Assembly: GCA_964016885.1 (NCBI GenBank)
Contig: OZ024744.1
Coordinates: 22,754,001-22,818,000, forward strand
Direction: 5' to 3'
DNA: 64,000 nt
From: Eledone cirrhosa
Lineage: Eukaryota
Numbering within the stretch: position 1 is the first letter of the stretch; every line of letters begins with the position of its first letter. Under the pieces are notes generated by a model. It ran no database searches, was not told the DNA's origin, and saw nothing but the letters and a program-made list of their open reading frames with translations. Positions 42,401-58,096 of the stretch are shown piece by piece. The position numbers and the translations under genes are program-made.

Positions 42401-44175
42401 TTACCTCTCTGCGTCCCGGGGTCCGGGCTGCTCAGTTTCCATGGGGCTGGTGGAGGGGTTGTTGGGTGGGGTGGTGGTTTGTGGTGGTGTGGGGGTATTA
42501 GTGTGTGGAGGGGTTGGGGTGTTTGGAATTGTGTGGGTGTTTGAGGAGGGGAGGGGAAAACCTTTCAGGGGGACGCGGTTGAGTGGCCTGGTGCAGGGTG
42601 GCCCCACGTCCTCAGGGTAAATGTTTTTCAATGTTTTGAAAATGTCAATTGGGACTTTCACCATTTTCAGGTTAGGGAGCCCCATTGCCATTGCAAAATT
42701 CGGCCCTTCGGTACAAACCGAAGGATTGTTGTCTATTTTTTCTGTTAAGTTTTTATTGTTTTTGTTTATGTATGTGTAGAGTTTTTGTGTTGTTGTGTTT
42801 GTTTTTGCTTGTTCTTGAGTGAGCTTGCGTTTTGTTGTATGTGTTGTGTTGTCAGGTGGGGTTATTTTTGTTAGTGTGGTGTGTGTACGTTTTTTCCATT
42901 TGACATTTTGGAAGGGAGCCCCCTCGTCTTCCGAGGATATGAGCTCCTCTTCCGTATTGGAGGGGAGGGGTACATTGCCAGGTTGTGTATGCACTGCGTG
43001 TGTTTTTGTATTTGTGTTCTGTGGGGAGGGGCTGGGTGGGACCGTGTTTTGGGTTGTTTTCTTGAGCTGTTGTTGTTGTGGTGGTGGTGCTGGGGGTGGT
43101 GGTGTTGTTTTTTGTTGTCGTTGTGGTGGTGATGGTAGTGTATATTGTTGTTTTTGTGGTGGTGGTGCTGGTTGTTTTTGTTGTTGTTGTGGTGTTTGTA
43201 GCAGTTTTTTTTGTTGTTAGTAGAGGGCAGGCCGTCCTCAGGTGACCTCTGCCAGCGCAGTGGTAACATGGGTCTCTTGCCTTCCACCGTAATATTGATA
43301 AAGGTTCGCCCATGCAGTAGGACTCGGTCGGGTATTCTGGCGATTCTCTCAGGTGTCATCTGTAAGAGAACATCCAGACTTTTCCCCCCGAACAGTCCAC
43401 TGGTGGACTCCCCTGCTGATATAAGGATGTCCTTTTCTAGGTCCGTAAATCCTGTCAGGACGGACCAGATGTTTACTTCTGGCGTTGAGCTCCACATTCT
43501 TAGTCTCTAAGTTCTTCTTCCTTTATACGTGGGGAAGAAGGTGTATTGTGGTGACACTATAGGTGCCACCGAGCATTTTTGAGCCAGCATTTCGTCCTTC
43601 ATTCGGACCATAATGCTGGCATACAGCTTTCCTCTTTCAATAAAGAGTATGTCTTCTTTTATGTCTTTCAGAACCAGCACAATTTGACTTTCTGTCAATT
43701 GAGCTGGCTTTCTTGTTGTGTTGGATATCGTCCTGAAGGTTATGGTATTCCTATATACCTGTTGACGAACTTCTACTGGGGAGTTGATCGTAAAAGACCA
43801 TCCTCCCCAAAAGATATGTATTTTCTGGCATTTAGCAAGTGTTGCTTAGCGTTAGTAATTAATGTCTATGGGCTTGTACTCGATAGCTTTCCTGACCGTT
43901 TGGGCAAAAGAAACTTTGCTGTCTTTGTTGCTTTCGCTTCGTTCATTGTTGCTTGTTGTTGCAATGTTGTTGGTTTCATCTTTTGTGGTGTTTATTTTCT
44001 TGTTATTTTTCTCTTCAAAATTTAGGTTTTCACTTGAATTAATATTCTTTTTTTCATTCGAGAGGAGGGGCTGTTCAACAGTTTGAATTGTTGTTCCCCC
44101 TTTCTCGCTTTTTTTGGTAGGCGTGGCGTTAGCTTCCAATATGGCTTCCTCGTTTTGAACGATATCGATGAACAT
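42401..44175 (-). pseudogene. L1/Tx1 ORF1 (gag-like, zinc knuckle), frameshifted
   Basis: Starts MFIDIVQNEE. Contains SFAQTV and CYHCAGRGHLRTAC, and a Thr/Asn-rich linker. Stops 23 bp before the ORF2 ATG. Confidence 0.8.
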
Positions 44176-44587
44176 TTTGAATTAAATATTTTTTCACCCC
44201 AAAAGGGGTGAAAATATATTTACCCTACGTCTACAGTCCCAGACTAGGGGTTACAGTCAACAATAGAAAAACAATTTAAATAATACACTCACAAATAATC
44301 CAAGTAAAGATTCCAAATCGAAGAGCCGATGTGTAAGACGTCTACTATCAAAGACTGGCAGACAGACAGACACACATACAGCGAGACAGACTGACTGACA
44401 GACAGACTGACTGACAGACAGAGAGACAGACACATATAACCACATACATATATATATAGAAAGAGAGATGGGAATAGAGACATAAAGAGAGAAACTCTCT
44501 AACACATGTCACAGTTATTCATTAAAACACTCACATTTTCACAAACATGGACTGCCATGTGTTTGTGTATATATATATATATATATA

Positions 44588-44697
<110 letters not shown>

Positions 44698-44700
44698 CAT

Positions 44701-44730
<30 letters not shown>

Positions 44731-44733
<3 letters not shown>

Positions 44734-45049
44734 GGAACCAGTAAGACCCCGACAGCTGAGCTCAAGCCCTTTCGACGGCTAATTCTGGACTAAATTTAGG
44801 TTTTCACTTGAATTAATATTCTTTTTTTCATTCGAGAGGAGGGGCTGTTCAACAGTTTGAATTGTTGTTCCCCCTTTCTCGCTTTTTTTGGTAGGCGTGG
44901 CGTTCTAAATTTAGTCCAGAATTAGCCGTCGAAACGGCTTGAGCTCAGCTGTCGGGGTCTTACTGGTTCCTATTACCCACTCTACTACCTCAAGTATTGA
45001 GTACTTTGGTGCGTTATGGTCCACCTGGTTCCTTACCACATTTCCTTCG

Positions 45050-45050
<1 letters not shown>
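44731..45050 (+). mobile_element. Fold-back (Penelope pLTR-like) fragment in (TA)n enclosing a captured copy of 44018-44130
   Basis: 69-bp inverted arms 44731-44799 and 44905-44973. Hammerhead-like 3' half GAAA-CGGCT..AGCTG-TC. Confidence 0.7.
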
Positions 45051-45120
<70 letters not shown>

Positions 45121-45124
45121 TATA

Positions 45125-45907
45125 TATAAATTAATATATGATAAACACTTACGTGTTTTTGTTGCAATTAGGCAGACTATATGTATTTGAATTAAGATAT
45201 TTCATTCTAGCTATTTTATTGTCAATTGCAACAAAAACACGTAAGTGTTTATCATATATTAATTTATACGGCTCAGAAGTGATTCTTAGAGCTAAAATAA
45301 TTGTAAATGACCCCATTGAGTGTAAACTCTAAGTTATATTATATTACTGCTCCCACAGTTGAGCTGAATTTGTAATCCCATATAAACGGCTGTTATTTCT
45401 AGCACTATGAGTGTGGGAGGCTAGAGGACTGGAATAAGTCGTGTGCAAAACCTCGTGTATTTTCGCTACGTTAACCAGACCTTAGGCATTTTTCCGAGAT
45501 GAAGTTACTTAATTTATCTGGGTACCTATTGATAAACACAGAAAATTAATTATCTCACTACTGATTAATTAATTATTTCACTATTATATCATCCTTTGTG
45601 AAACATGTTTAAATTTTGAAGTTCGGACTGATCTGTGGAAAAAGTTTGTATTTTGAAATTTAAACGTGTCTAGGTACCAAGGCCTTTTGCCCATATGTGT
45701 TTGTGAGTATTGATTTATTATTTTTTAGATCGACACAGGCAGACTATATGTATTTGAATTAAGATATTTCATTCTAGCTATTTTATTGTCAATTGCAACA
45801 AAAACACGTAAGTGTTTATCATATATTAATTTATACTGCTCAGAAGTGATTCTTAGAGCTAAAATAATTGTGAATGACCCCATTGAGTGTAAACTCTAAG
45901 TTACATT

Positions 45908-45908
<1 letters not shown>
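45125..45908. mobile_element. Non-coding element with partial tandem repeat (567-bp unit) and inverted tip
   Basis: 172-bp direct repeat 45170-45341 / 45737-45908. 45125-45169 is the reverse complement of 45224-45268. Confidence 0.7.
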
Positions 45909-45963
<55 letters not shown>

Positions 45964-45967
<4 letters not shown>

Positions 45968-46338
45968 TGGCTGCCAACTCGTTTTCGAGTACGCCCACTA
46001 CTTTATATCCATGTAGGAGAACCCCTACCGATGCGCTGAACGAGTGTGACTTTTTAGTCCAGCCAGTGACTTGAAAACTCTGGTACAAACACTGCACTTG
46101 TGACAATTATTGACACATAGTGCTGGGCTAATGGTACCGTCTGATGACAAGTGCAGAGAGATCTCCAGATATAAAGCAATGCCTGTGCAGTGAAGCTTTT
46201 ATAGTGAGCAAAGGTACTGCACAGAGCCAGTCCCACTCTCTTAACCAAGATGATATTTACCAAAGAGAAGAACAAGTCAATACCATTGGATACCATCAGG
46301 GTTGCAGGTGTTATATCAGAGTTTTCCTTCTCCTAGAA
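45964..46338 (-). mobile_element. Non-autonomous RTE derivative, family A copy 2 (5'-truncated)
   Basis: Matches 29545-29920. Confidence 0.75.
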
Positions 46339-46429
46339 GGGTCCTTCCTAAGTTTGGCATCGGTTGAAACTGGCACCAATCAAATTTGTCTAGGCCCACG
46401 ATTCCACTACATGGAGTTTCTTAGTATTT

Positions 46430-49015
<2,586 letters not shown>

Positions 49016-49479
49016 CGTGTGTGCTTGAGTGTGTATTCAACAAGTGACAGACGGTTTAGTATGATGGAGTAAAGAGAGACAGGGGAGTCAGAGAAAGAAA
49101 GAAGAGAGAGTTTGGGGTGGAGTGGTAAATAGAAGAAAGACAGTGGGAGGGAGGGAAAGGGAGAAAGTCTCACTATGTGAAAAATAAATCTTAAAAAGGT
49201 GGTTTCGGGTGGTGTTGGGGCGGTTGGCTGTTGCGAAGGGTGGGGGTAATTATCAGAGGTTCTCTTAGCACTTTGCCTAGTATTTTTAGTGAATCAACAT
49301 TTCCCGAGAGGAAATATCCAAAATTATACGCATCGTGGGTCAATGATTGGCAGAATCTTTTAGTCATTCCGGCTCCTTACATTCTTGCACGTTTAAGACC
49401 TTGTGATATGGTCGTGGGTTCGATACCTGAACTGGGTGGTTCGGGTTAGGTTCTTTAACAAAATATTTTAATTTCACAT

Positions 49480-49863
49480 ACGCGAATACGAGCGGCCGAA
49501 ATTGTATTCCTCCAAGGGATCTTTGGAGTAACGTTACTTGATAGAGTGTGTAGCTCGGAGATGAGAGAGAGCCGCTACTTCTCTGAATTGAGAGATCACA
49601 ACTCTAATACTATGGCTGTGTGTTTAGAATGTCTTAGGAAAGAATCGCTGGACAGATTTTATTATAGCAGAAACCAACTGGTAGGGGACCCAGGAGTAAA
49701 CCTCGAGCAAGATGGTAGGATAACATCCACGAGTTTGGCTGGTCACGGTTGGGAAACCAGCCGGATCAGTTGGAGACGGTTGCTTCTGACAAGACCTGCT
49801 GGATGGGAGTGTTTGAGATCTCTGGCCCCACGACTCTCTCAAGAAGAAGAAGAAGAAGAAGAA

Positions 49864-49895
<32 letters not shown>

Positions 49896-49905
49896 AGAAG
49901 AAGAA
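49480..49905 (+). mobile_element. RTE-clade LINE 3' end with (GAA)n tail
   Basis: Homologous to 35215-36180, with a single copy of the 43-bp unit. Confidence 0.75.
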
Positions 49906-50150
49906 TGAACACGTTGGACAGAGACCTATTTGTTCTGGTTCTCTGAGTTTAAATTCCACTGAGGTCAACTTGGAAGAAATTGGCGGTTTTGAGATCTGGA
50001 AAAGAGGTGGGTTCCACCTACTTTAAAATACCTAAGGCACAGCGCCACCCCTACCACATCTTTAGGAGTTAAAACTCCATCTATCAGTACATCCATCCAT
50101 CCATACATACATACATACATACATACATACATACATACATACATACATAC

Positions 50151-50764
50151 ATGGTGGCTGCCAACTCGTTTTCGAGTACGGCCACTACTTTATATATAGC
50201 CATGTAGGAGAACCCCTACCGTTGCGCTGAACGAGTGTGACTTTTTAGTCTAGCCAGCGACTTGAAAACTCTGGTACAAAGACTACACTTGTGACCATTA
50301 TTGACACATAGTGCTGGGCACATGGTACCATGTGACGACAAGTGCAGAGAGATCTCCAGATATAAAGCAATGCCTGTGCCGTGAAGCTTTTATAGTGAGC
50401 AAAGGCACTGCACAAAGCCAGTCCCACTCTCTTAACCAAGACGATATTTACCAAAAAGAAGAACAAGTCAACATCATTGGATACCATCAGGGTTGCAGGT
50501 GTTATATCAGAGTTTTCCTTCTCCTAGAATTCTGCCTTGACAAAGGCTAAGGGGTCATCTCTCCCGGTGATTTTTGGATGGCCATTGACTCTTAAGAGCT
50601 CCTTTGCCCTTTGCCAGGTTTTGCTTTTAGTCCTGCAGGATGTCCAAAGTCACCCTCCTCACCAAGAAACCTTGGTGGGGTTGCCAGTTTAGTCGCCAAC
50701 GACCCGACCATGAAACAGGTTGTACTGGGATACATGTTACCAGTAGCACCAACTGGTGACCTGA
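50151..50764 (-). mobile_element. Non-autonomous RTE derivative, family A copy 3 (most complete)
   Basis: Matches 29545-30140. Flanked by (CATA)n on both sides. Confidence 0.8.
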
Positions 50765-50772
50765 CACATAAA

Positions 50773-50806
<34 letters not shown>

Positions 50807-51281
50807 ATAACAAAGGCGAGGTGTTACAATGAAGAATCTATTGATCAGTCATAGTTACAATCTTTTCACAAACAATGGACTCATGACCCCGGTTGATATC
50901 CCCGACCAGATAACAGATCTGCCTGATTCTCAGATTAATGCTATCACAACAAAATACATGTTCTTATTATATACACTCTACTCTAGCATTGAGAGCTGAC
51001 TTTGGTGCCCTTACCAGTTTTCTAGGGATTTACTGAACCTTCTTATATATAACGGGATCTGAAACTCTTAATATATATGTGTTGTTAGGTAATTCCACAG
51101 GAACAGCAAAGGAAAAAAGGGTGCTCCATGTATAGAACAGAGCTATTTAATTAGAAGGTGAACAACACAGAATATAACTACTCCATTACCAAAGGTTGCT
51201 GGATCACAGACAATAATAATATACGCAGGGAGCGTTCGTCAGACAGTAATGTAGTAGTTATATTTTGTGTTATTCACTTTC

Positions 51282-51345
<64 letters not shown>

Positions 51346-51579
51346 AAGTGAAGCGAAGTTAGTTGTTGATATTAAACAGTACATAATAGTTAATTCGGTT
51401 AGATATAACATTTACTTCACTTCAGTTAGAAAAGGAATATGATTACTACTAATCATAAAAGTACAATGTTGTATGTAAACATTCGTAAATGAATACCGTG
51501 TTGTTGAAGTTTTGTTGAAGATACTTTGTTTTATGTGTTATACTGAAATAGAAGGTACCAGGTGTCCGTCGGTAGTCGA

Positions 51580-51728
51580 GTCCCTAGTAGAGGAGACTTC
51601 TGATGTCATCTCCCTAGGACCACCTCCCTACTATCGTCTGTCATTAGTATCAGTCCCTAGTAGTGGAGACTTCCTGGTGTCCTTGACCTTAGGACCACCT
51701 CCCTACTATCACCCGTCATTAGTATCAC
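51580..51728. repeat. Diverged ~74-bp tandem duplication
   Basis: GTCCCTAGTAG.GGAGACTTC..TAGGACCACCTCCCTACTATC..GTCATTAGTATCA occurs twice. Confidence 0.8.
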
Positions 51729-51832
51729 CATAGAAGTTAAAAGCCAAGTGTCCTCGTTCCATGACAGCTTATTTATCGAACGCTAGTTATTTTTTTTATC
51801 AAAGGTCGATGACCTCCCACTGCATTTCTCTC

Positions 51833-52290
51833 GGTGGTAGTGGTACTGGTGGTGGTGGTGTTGGTGGTGGTGGTGGTGGTGGAGGTGGTGGTAGTAGTGG
51901 TGGTGGTGGTGGTGGTGATTATGGTGGTGGTTGGTGGTGATGGTGGTGGTGGTGGTGGTGGTGGTGGTGGTGGTGGTGGTGGTTGTGGTAGTAGTACTGG
52001 TGGTGGTAGTAGTGCTGTGTGGTGGTGGTGGTGTTGTTGTTGGTGGTGGTGGTGGTGGTGGAGGTGGTAGTAGTAGTGGTAGTGGTGGTGGTGATTATGG
52101 TGGTGGTGGTGGTGATGGTGGTGGTGGTGGTGATGGTAGTGGTGGTGGTGGTGGTGGTAGTGGTTGGTGGTGATGGTGGCGGTGGTGGTTGGGATGTTGG
52201 TGGTGGTGGTGATGGTGGTGGTGGTGGTGGTGGTGGTGGTTGTGGTGATGGTGGTGTTGGTGGTGTTGGTGGTGGTGTTGGTAGTTGATG
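51833..52290. repeat. (GGT)n microsatellite
   Basis: Direct reading. Confidence 0.95.
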
Positions 52291-52509
52291 TCGTTTGGCT
52301 TTTCATCGTTTGATGCTGCTGTTGTTGTTGATATTGGTGTTGTTCGTTTTTATGCTGTTGTTGTTCTTATAGGTGTAGGTGTCTATAAGCTCTGACCCGG
52401 TCACTAAACACGAGGGTCAGTCTATTTAAACAATGTTGTCCTCTTCCTTCTACATTTGTGGGAAAGGACGTTATAGACATTCAGGTAGAGTTGTGCCTTC
52501 TCGTCTTTC

Positions 52510-53605
52510 TTTTCACCATATTTAAAACAAAGAACATAAGAATACTATTCACCTCTAAAGCACAAGGGTCACTCGATGAGGCCTATGTCAAAGCGAATGT
52601 TGACTACATCCAAGAGGAGATCAATAAGATTCCAAGCCTGCATGCAGCGAAACCACTTGCTGCAGTCTGGAAAACAATAAACACACTTTCTGGGAGAAAG
52701 TCAATGCCCTCTATCCGACCCAAAGGTGGTTCCGCTGAAAAGCACAAAGCCAACTGGCTCCACCACTGTAAGAAACTCCTTGGAGAACTCCCACAGAACA
52801 GTGGCGGCCAGCCACTTCCTCTGTATCAAATATCCAGCAACCTGGATATCAATACCAATCCATTTACGATCGATGAACTCAAAACGACGCTCAAAGAAAT
52901 CTCCAACAACAAATCTCCAGGTCTTGACAATTTACCAACTCTGCTGTGGAAAGATCCAACTTTTCATGACTTCCTTCTTGAGTTCTACAACCACACTATC
53001 ATACATCACTCGCCTCCCCAGCCTGGAATGTCCCCAAAAAGTGTAGCCAATTATAGAGGTATAACTTTTATGCTAATTGTGACAAAAGTCTACAAGCTTC
53101 TGTTAAACAGGATAGTCCCTGCCCTTGATCCTTTACTTCCCAAGAACCAGAATAGATTTAGAAGAGGCAGCTCAACAACTGTTCAAATTCTCTCTATTCG
53201 CCGCATACTGGAAGAAATGAAAAAACCTCAACAGAGAGATCAAGATCTGTTTTGTCGACTTTCGCAAGGCGTTTGATTCTATCAGTAGATATCTTATGTT
53301 TAAAATACTTAAACTCTACGGAATAACTGAAATTGTTGAAGCAATTGAAGGTCTGTACAAAAACACCACTGCCACCGTTGTATAACCTGATGGCGAGACT
53401 GAATCCTTTGAAGTAAAAGCAGGAGTTCCACAAGGTGACACACTTGCCCCTTTTCTCTTCATGGTTGTTCTGGACTATGTCCTGCATATCTCGCTAGACA
53501 ACATGAAGGAGAAGTGACCCCTTCTGAAACGCCACTAGAGCAGTTGCAACCCTGCACAATACCTGACTGACCTAGATTTCGCCGATGATCTTGCCCTGAT
53601 TTCTT
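52510..53605 (+). pseudogene. RTE/RTE-X-like LINE reverse transcriptase fragment
   Basis: KSPGLDNLP, ANYRGIT, KNQNRFRRGSST..QILSIRRILEE, FVDFRKAFDS, GVPQGDTLAPFLF, DLDFADDLAL. Frameshifted. Confidence 0.85.
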
Positions 53606-53621
53606 AATCTACATTCTTATT

Positions 53622-54060
53622 ACACCTTCAGATTTATACCTGTGATTAATGGGGCACTGGGATATGTTAGTAACTGCCTCAATACAAACCTTGAGAAGCT
53701 AGGCTTCACAGGAACAGAAAGAACACAACTAGTTAGGAAATTACAAGTACAATCCATTAATGGAACAGTAAAAATATGTAAAGCATTCCAAAAATGTTGC
53801 ATCTAATAACTGCATATACACATGTACAGATACAAGGCATATACACATGCACACATACAACTCAAAACATACACATACACACATGCAATAACATCCATAT
53901 CTACACACGCATACATGCAGACATACATACATAATCTAACTAGTTGATGTTGTGTAAATTCCAACGAGAGAGTCTTGTGTCTATTTTAGAAACCGACTCT
54001 TTCTCTATTGGTAAACATTTGTGAAATTATAAAACCAGAAGAACATATATACATACATAC
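53622..54060 (+). mobile_element. 5'-truncated copy of the R4/Dong-like LINE (3' end only)
   Basis: Homologous to 57690-58092 with indels. (CATA)n tail. Confidence 0.85.
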
Positions 54061-57000
54061 ACACATTCTTCAGGTATCGGCGTTTTTCGCTAACAGCTCT
54101 CAATTCTTGTTTGAGGGTGATCAGCTTATATTGGAGAGTTCTGGTTCTACTGTTACCAAACATCGTCTCTATTTTATTTTTCACTCTTTGTTGGTGAGGA
54201 GTGAGGTTTTTTGTGTTTGTTTGCATGTAAGGAGCATTGTCACATATCCTATGTTTTTTCGTAGGTCAGCACTCTTTTTTTCTATTTTAGTTATATATGA
54301 TGGTATTTTTGGTGGTGTTTTGTTCTTGTTAATATCTCTGCTATCACCAAGATAATGCTTCACTGTCGTTGCTAAGGCATATAAACAGGCGTTGATTTGC
54401 CAAAATGTTGGGGTTTTTATCCGTCGTAAATATTCATCCCCTATTTCGTCAATAACACGTAGTATTTCATTATTTGGTTTTTTATTCACCATTGTCATTT
54501 TAACACGTTCAGCAAGAGAGATATTTATACATGAGTTAATTTCTCTCTGGAAGATTTCGTTGAGGGAAATTTTCAATTGTTTATACTTTTGATTATCATT
54601 ATCGATAGTATTTTCCACAACAGTCGAGATAGACTCGGATGGTATACGTGGTGTCACATTTATTCGATTATTATTATTTCTTCGATTATTATTATTATCG
54701 ATAGTGTTTCCCCCAGCATTCGAGGTAGACTTAGATGATACACGTGGTGTCAAGTTTCTTACAGGCATAGTTGTTTCATGGTGCTGTTCGACCTGGCTGC
54801 TAGGAAGTCTAGTAGCATGGCGACCTGTAACACGTGTTATTGATAACATGTTTGTTGTGGGGGACTTATAATTAATCATATTTATCTTATTTTTACGTTA
54901 AAAAAATGTCGCTTTTTGGCGTAATTGTTTCGCTGTGAAATAATTTAGCTCTGGGTGCATTTCGTCCCAGTGTAGCTTCATTCTATTCATATAGCCAATG
55001 GAGGGATTGTTTTTTGCCATTTTATAACAATTAAATAAATCATTATTAAGTTCGCAACTCCAAGAGAAATGCGATTTATAATTTCGGTTTCTTCTGTAGC
55101 TACAACTGAATAAAGTTTGATTACCTTCCTTGTTATTTGTCTTCGATACTTCCTTAATTTTGTTGTTGATGTTGTGTTCAGCCATGCTGTTTGTAGCAAA
55201 TCCTTGTAAAATGAATTATGTATTTAGTCGGATATCTCTACGAATCGAATAAAAGGTGTCTTCAGAAGATATAGTTAGAAGAATAACCAGTTATTCAACC
55301 TGGCTGTAGTTGTGGCTTTACTGTCGGAGATAGTATTCATCTTAAATTTAATAAATAGTCTCCCACGACAAAATATGCGACTGATGGCGTTGACTGCCTT
55401 TGAGGCCCCATCCCAGAAATACATAGATTCCTTTTGGAGAAATATATGGGGTGAAAAGAAGAATTTCAACCAAGATGCAGTGTGGCTAAAAGAAATCCGA
55501 AAGAACTATTGCTCCTACAGTACAACAAAAACATACAAAATAAGTGAGGGTACTCTTGAGACTGTGATAGGAAAACTCCAAGATAAGAAAACACAAGGAA
55601 GAGACATGATTGTCGGCTATTGGTACAAAAAACTGATATTCTATCGGAGGTATCTTACTGACCTCTACCAACAAGTTCTTAAGGGAGATACACTTATACC
55701 AGAATGGTTGACATTAGCACAAACGTTACTGGTCCCCAAGAACAAAGACACCCACTTGGCAAAAAACTACCGACCCATTGCATGCCAGAACCTGATGTAT
55801 AAGATGTATACAGCCTGCCTGAACCTATTCCTCCAAGATCACTGTTAAAGTAATAACATCATCACAGATGAACAAGCAGCTGGAAAGAAAGTGGTTTGGG
55901 GATGTGCTGAACAACTCCTAATCAACAAAACTGCGATGTCGGAGGTGCGACAACTTAGGAGGAATATGGCTACAGTCTGGCTGGACTACAGGAAAGATTT
56001 CGAGTCTGTTCCCCACTCTTGGATGATAGAGGCCCTCCAACTTGCTAAAGTCTCAGACATTATTGTCAGAGCCATAGAGAGGCTGTCTTCTTGGGCTACT
56101 ATCCTAAGGTTAAAGACAGAGAGGGCGGGGGGACTCTATTTTCACTGATAAAATAAAATATTGCAGGGTATAATTCAGGGGGACAGTTTCTCTGTGATAC
56201 TGTTCATCTTGTCATTAAACCCCTTGTCCTTTCTGCTCAAGAAATGTGAGGGATGCATCATTGGCTCACAGGAGGACAGAAATACGAACCTAACCCATAA
56301 CTTCTTTGTGGACGATCTGAAACTCTATGCCAAGAACATGGATGGGATGAAGAAAAATCTTGACCTGGTTACAACGTTCTCAAAGGATATAGGAATGGAG
56401 TTTGGCCAAGATAAATGCTCATACATGACTGTAAAGCGGGGAAAAACAACAACCTAATCTAGCAACATTGTCATCAATGGCCTAACTGTTTCACCGATAT
56501 CTGATGAGGACTGCTACAGATACCTGGGGATAGATGAGAACATATCCTATAATGGTATCTGTAATAAAAAACGCGTAACCAGGGAATACTACACCCGATT
56601 AAGAAAGATCTGGTCATCGGAACTCTCTGCGCAGAACAAAACAGTGGCTCACAATGTGTTTGCTGTGCCTTCCTAACACCAACGCTTGGAATACTCAATT
56701 GGATGATAGACGAAATCCGAGCAGTTAATGTTGGAACTCTAAATATACTGAATAATACCGGAAACTTCCATATCAACAGTGACATAGACTGCCTTTACTT
56801 GACACGTAAGCAGGGAGGCAGAGGCCTAACATCAGTCCAGACAACATTTGAATGTCGCATCATATCTCTCCGAAAACATCTACGAACCTCGAAGCGTAGG
56901 AGCCCGTTTCTCGAGCAAGTCTATCTGCATGAAACAGATAAGATCATGAGAGTTGCGAAGAAACTCCTCGAGAGATATTCCCTGTGTGATAATCAAAAAC

Positions 57001-58092
57001 TCACACCCAGGGATGTCACTCAGCAGTATCGCAGTGAATCTATGGATGAAAAACTGCATGCTTATCAGCAAAAAATCATGCATGGATATGTTGCCAGGAA
57101 GCTCCAGAGTGAGAGTAATATAGATAAGGAAAGTAGTCTATCTTGGACCAACAACCGCTATATTTGCTCGCACTTTGAAGGATACGCTTTTGCAATCCAG
57201 GAACAGGAGATTAGCACGAAATACCTGATTCACAAAAGAGATAGGGATGCCGGCAAGACACCTAGATGTGATAACAAGTGCAGACTCTGCAGAACTAACA
57301 TCGAGGATATCAACCATGTCATCAGCAGCTGTCCAAAGATGTCATCGCGGTACTATCTACCTATGAGGCATGATGTAGTGACCAAAACACTGTACAATGC
57401 AGTTCGTAAAAAAGATAGCCCCGATAATAGACACATTAAAAGGTACAACAATGTGGAAGACATCCATGTACATAATATGAAAGAGTACTGGTGGAATGTT
57501 CCAGTAAAAAACCCCAATAAAATGCAGGCATAACAGACCAGATATTATGATATGAGACAGGGAGAGAAAACATTCACAGTAGTGGAAATTAGTTGCCCAG
57601 CAGATGCCAATATAATATCAAAGATTAGTGAAAAGGAAAATATTTATGCAGAACTGATGAGAAACCTGCAGATACTCCACCCTGATTAGACCTTCAGATT
57701 TATGCCTGTAATTATTGGGGCACTGGGATATGTTAGTAACTGCCTCAGTACAAATCTTAAGGAACAGAAAGAACAAAACTAGTTAGGAAACTACAAGTAC
57801 AATCCATTAATGGAACAGTAAAAATATGTAAAGCATTCCAAAAATGTTGCATCTAATAACTGCATATATACACATGTACAGATACAAAGCATATACACAT
57901 GCACACATACAACTCAAAACATCCACATCCACACATACAATAACATCCATATCTACACATGCATACATACATAATCTACCTAGTTGATGTGTAAATTCCA
58001 ATGAGAGAGTCTTGTGTCTATGTTAGAAACCGACTCTCTCTCTATTGGTAAAACTTTGTGAAATTATAAAACCAGAAGAACATACATACATA
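54061..58092 (+). mobile_element. R4/Dong-like LINE (RT, CCHC, restriction-like endonuclease) with an inverted 5' segment (about 54061-55395 on the minus strand)
   Basis: Plus strand: NYRPIAC, WLDYRKDFESVPH, GIIQGDS, FVDDLKLY, CRLC..HVISSC..RHD, NRPDI..VEISCP. Minus strand carries the N-terminal W..ELN..CY..GYMNRM..W..P domain. Confidence 0.85.
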
Positions 58093-58096
58093 ATTG

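Larger units (their letters stand above)
38712..44257 (-). mobile_element. Near full-length L1-clade (Tx1-like) LINE
   Basis: ORF1 with CCHC knuckle. ORF2 with APE, RT and C-terminal Zn motif. AATAAA near the 3' end. Short hairpin-containing 5'UTR. Confidence 0.9.

Noticed and set aside
53622-58092. LTR retrotransposon (direct repeats 53622-54060 and 57690-58092)
   Set aside because: The repeats are LINE 3' ends with tails and indel differences, there are no TG..CA ends, and the RT is non-LTR type.
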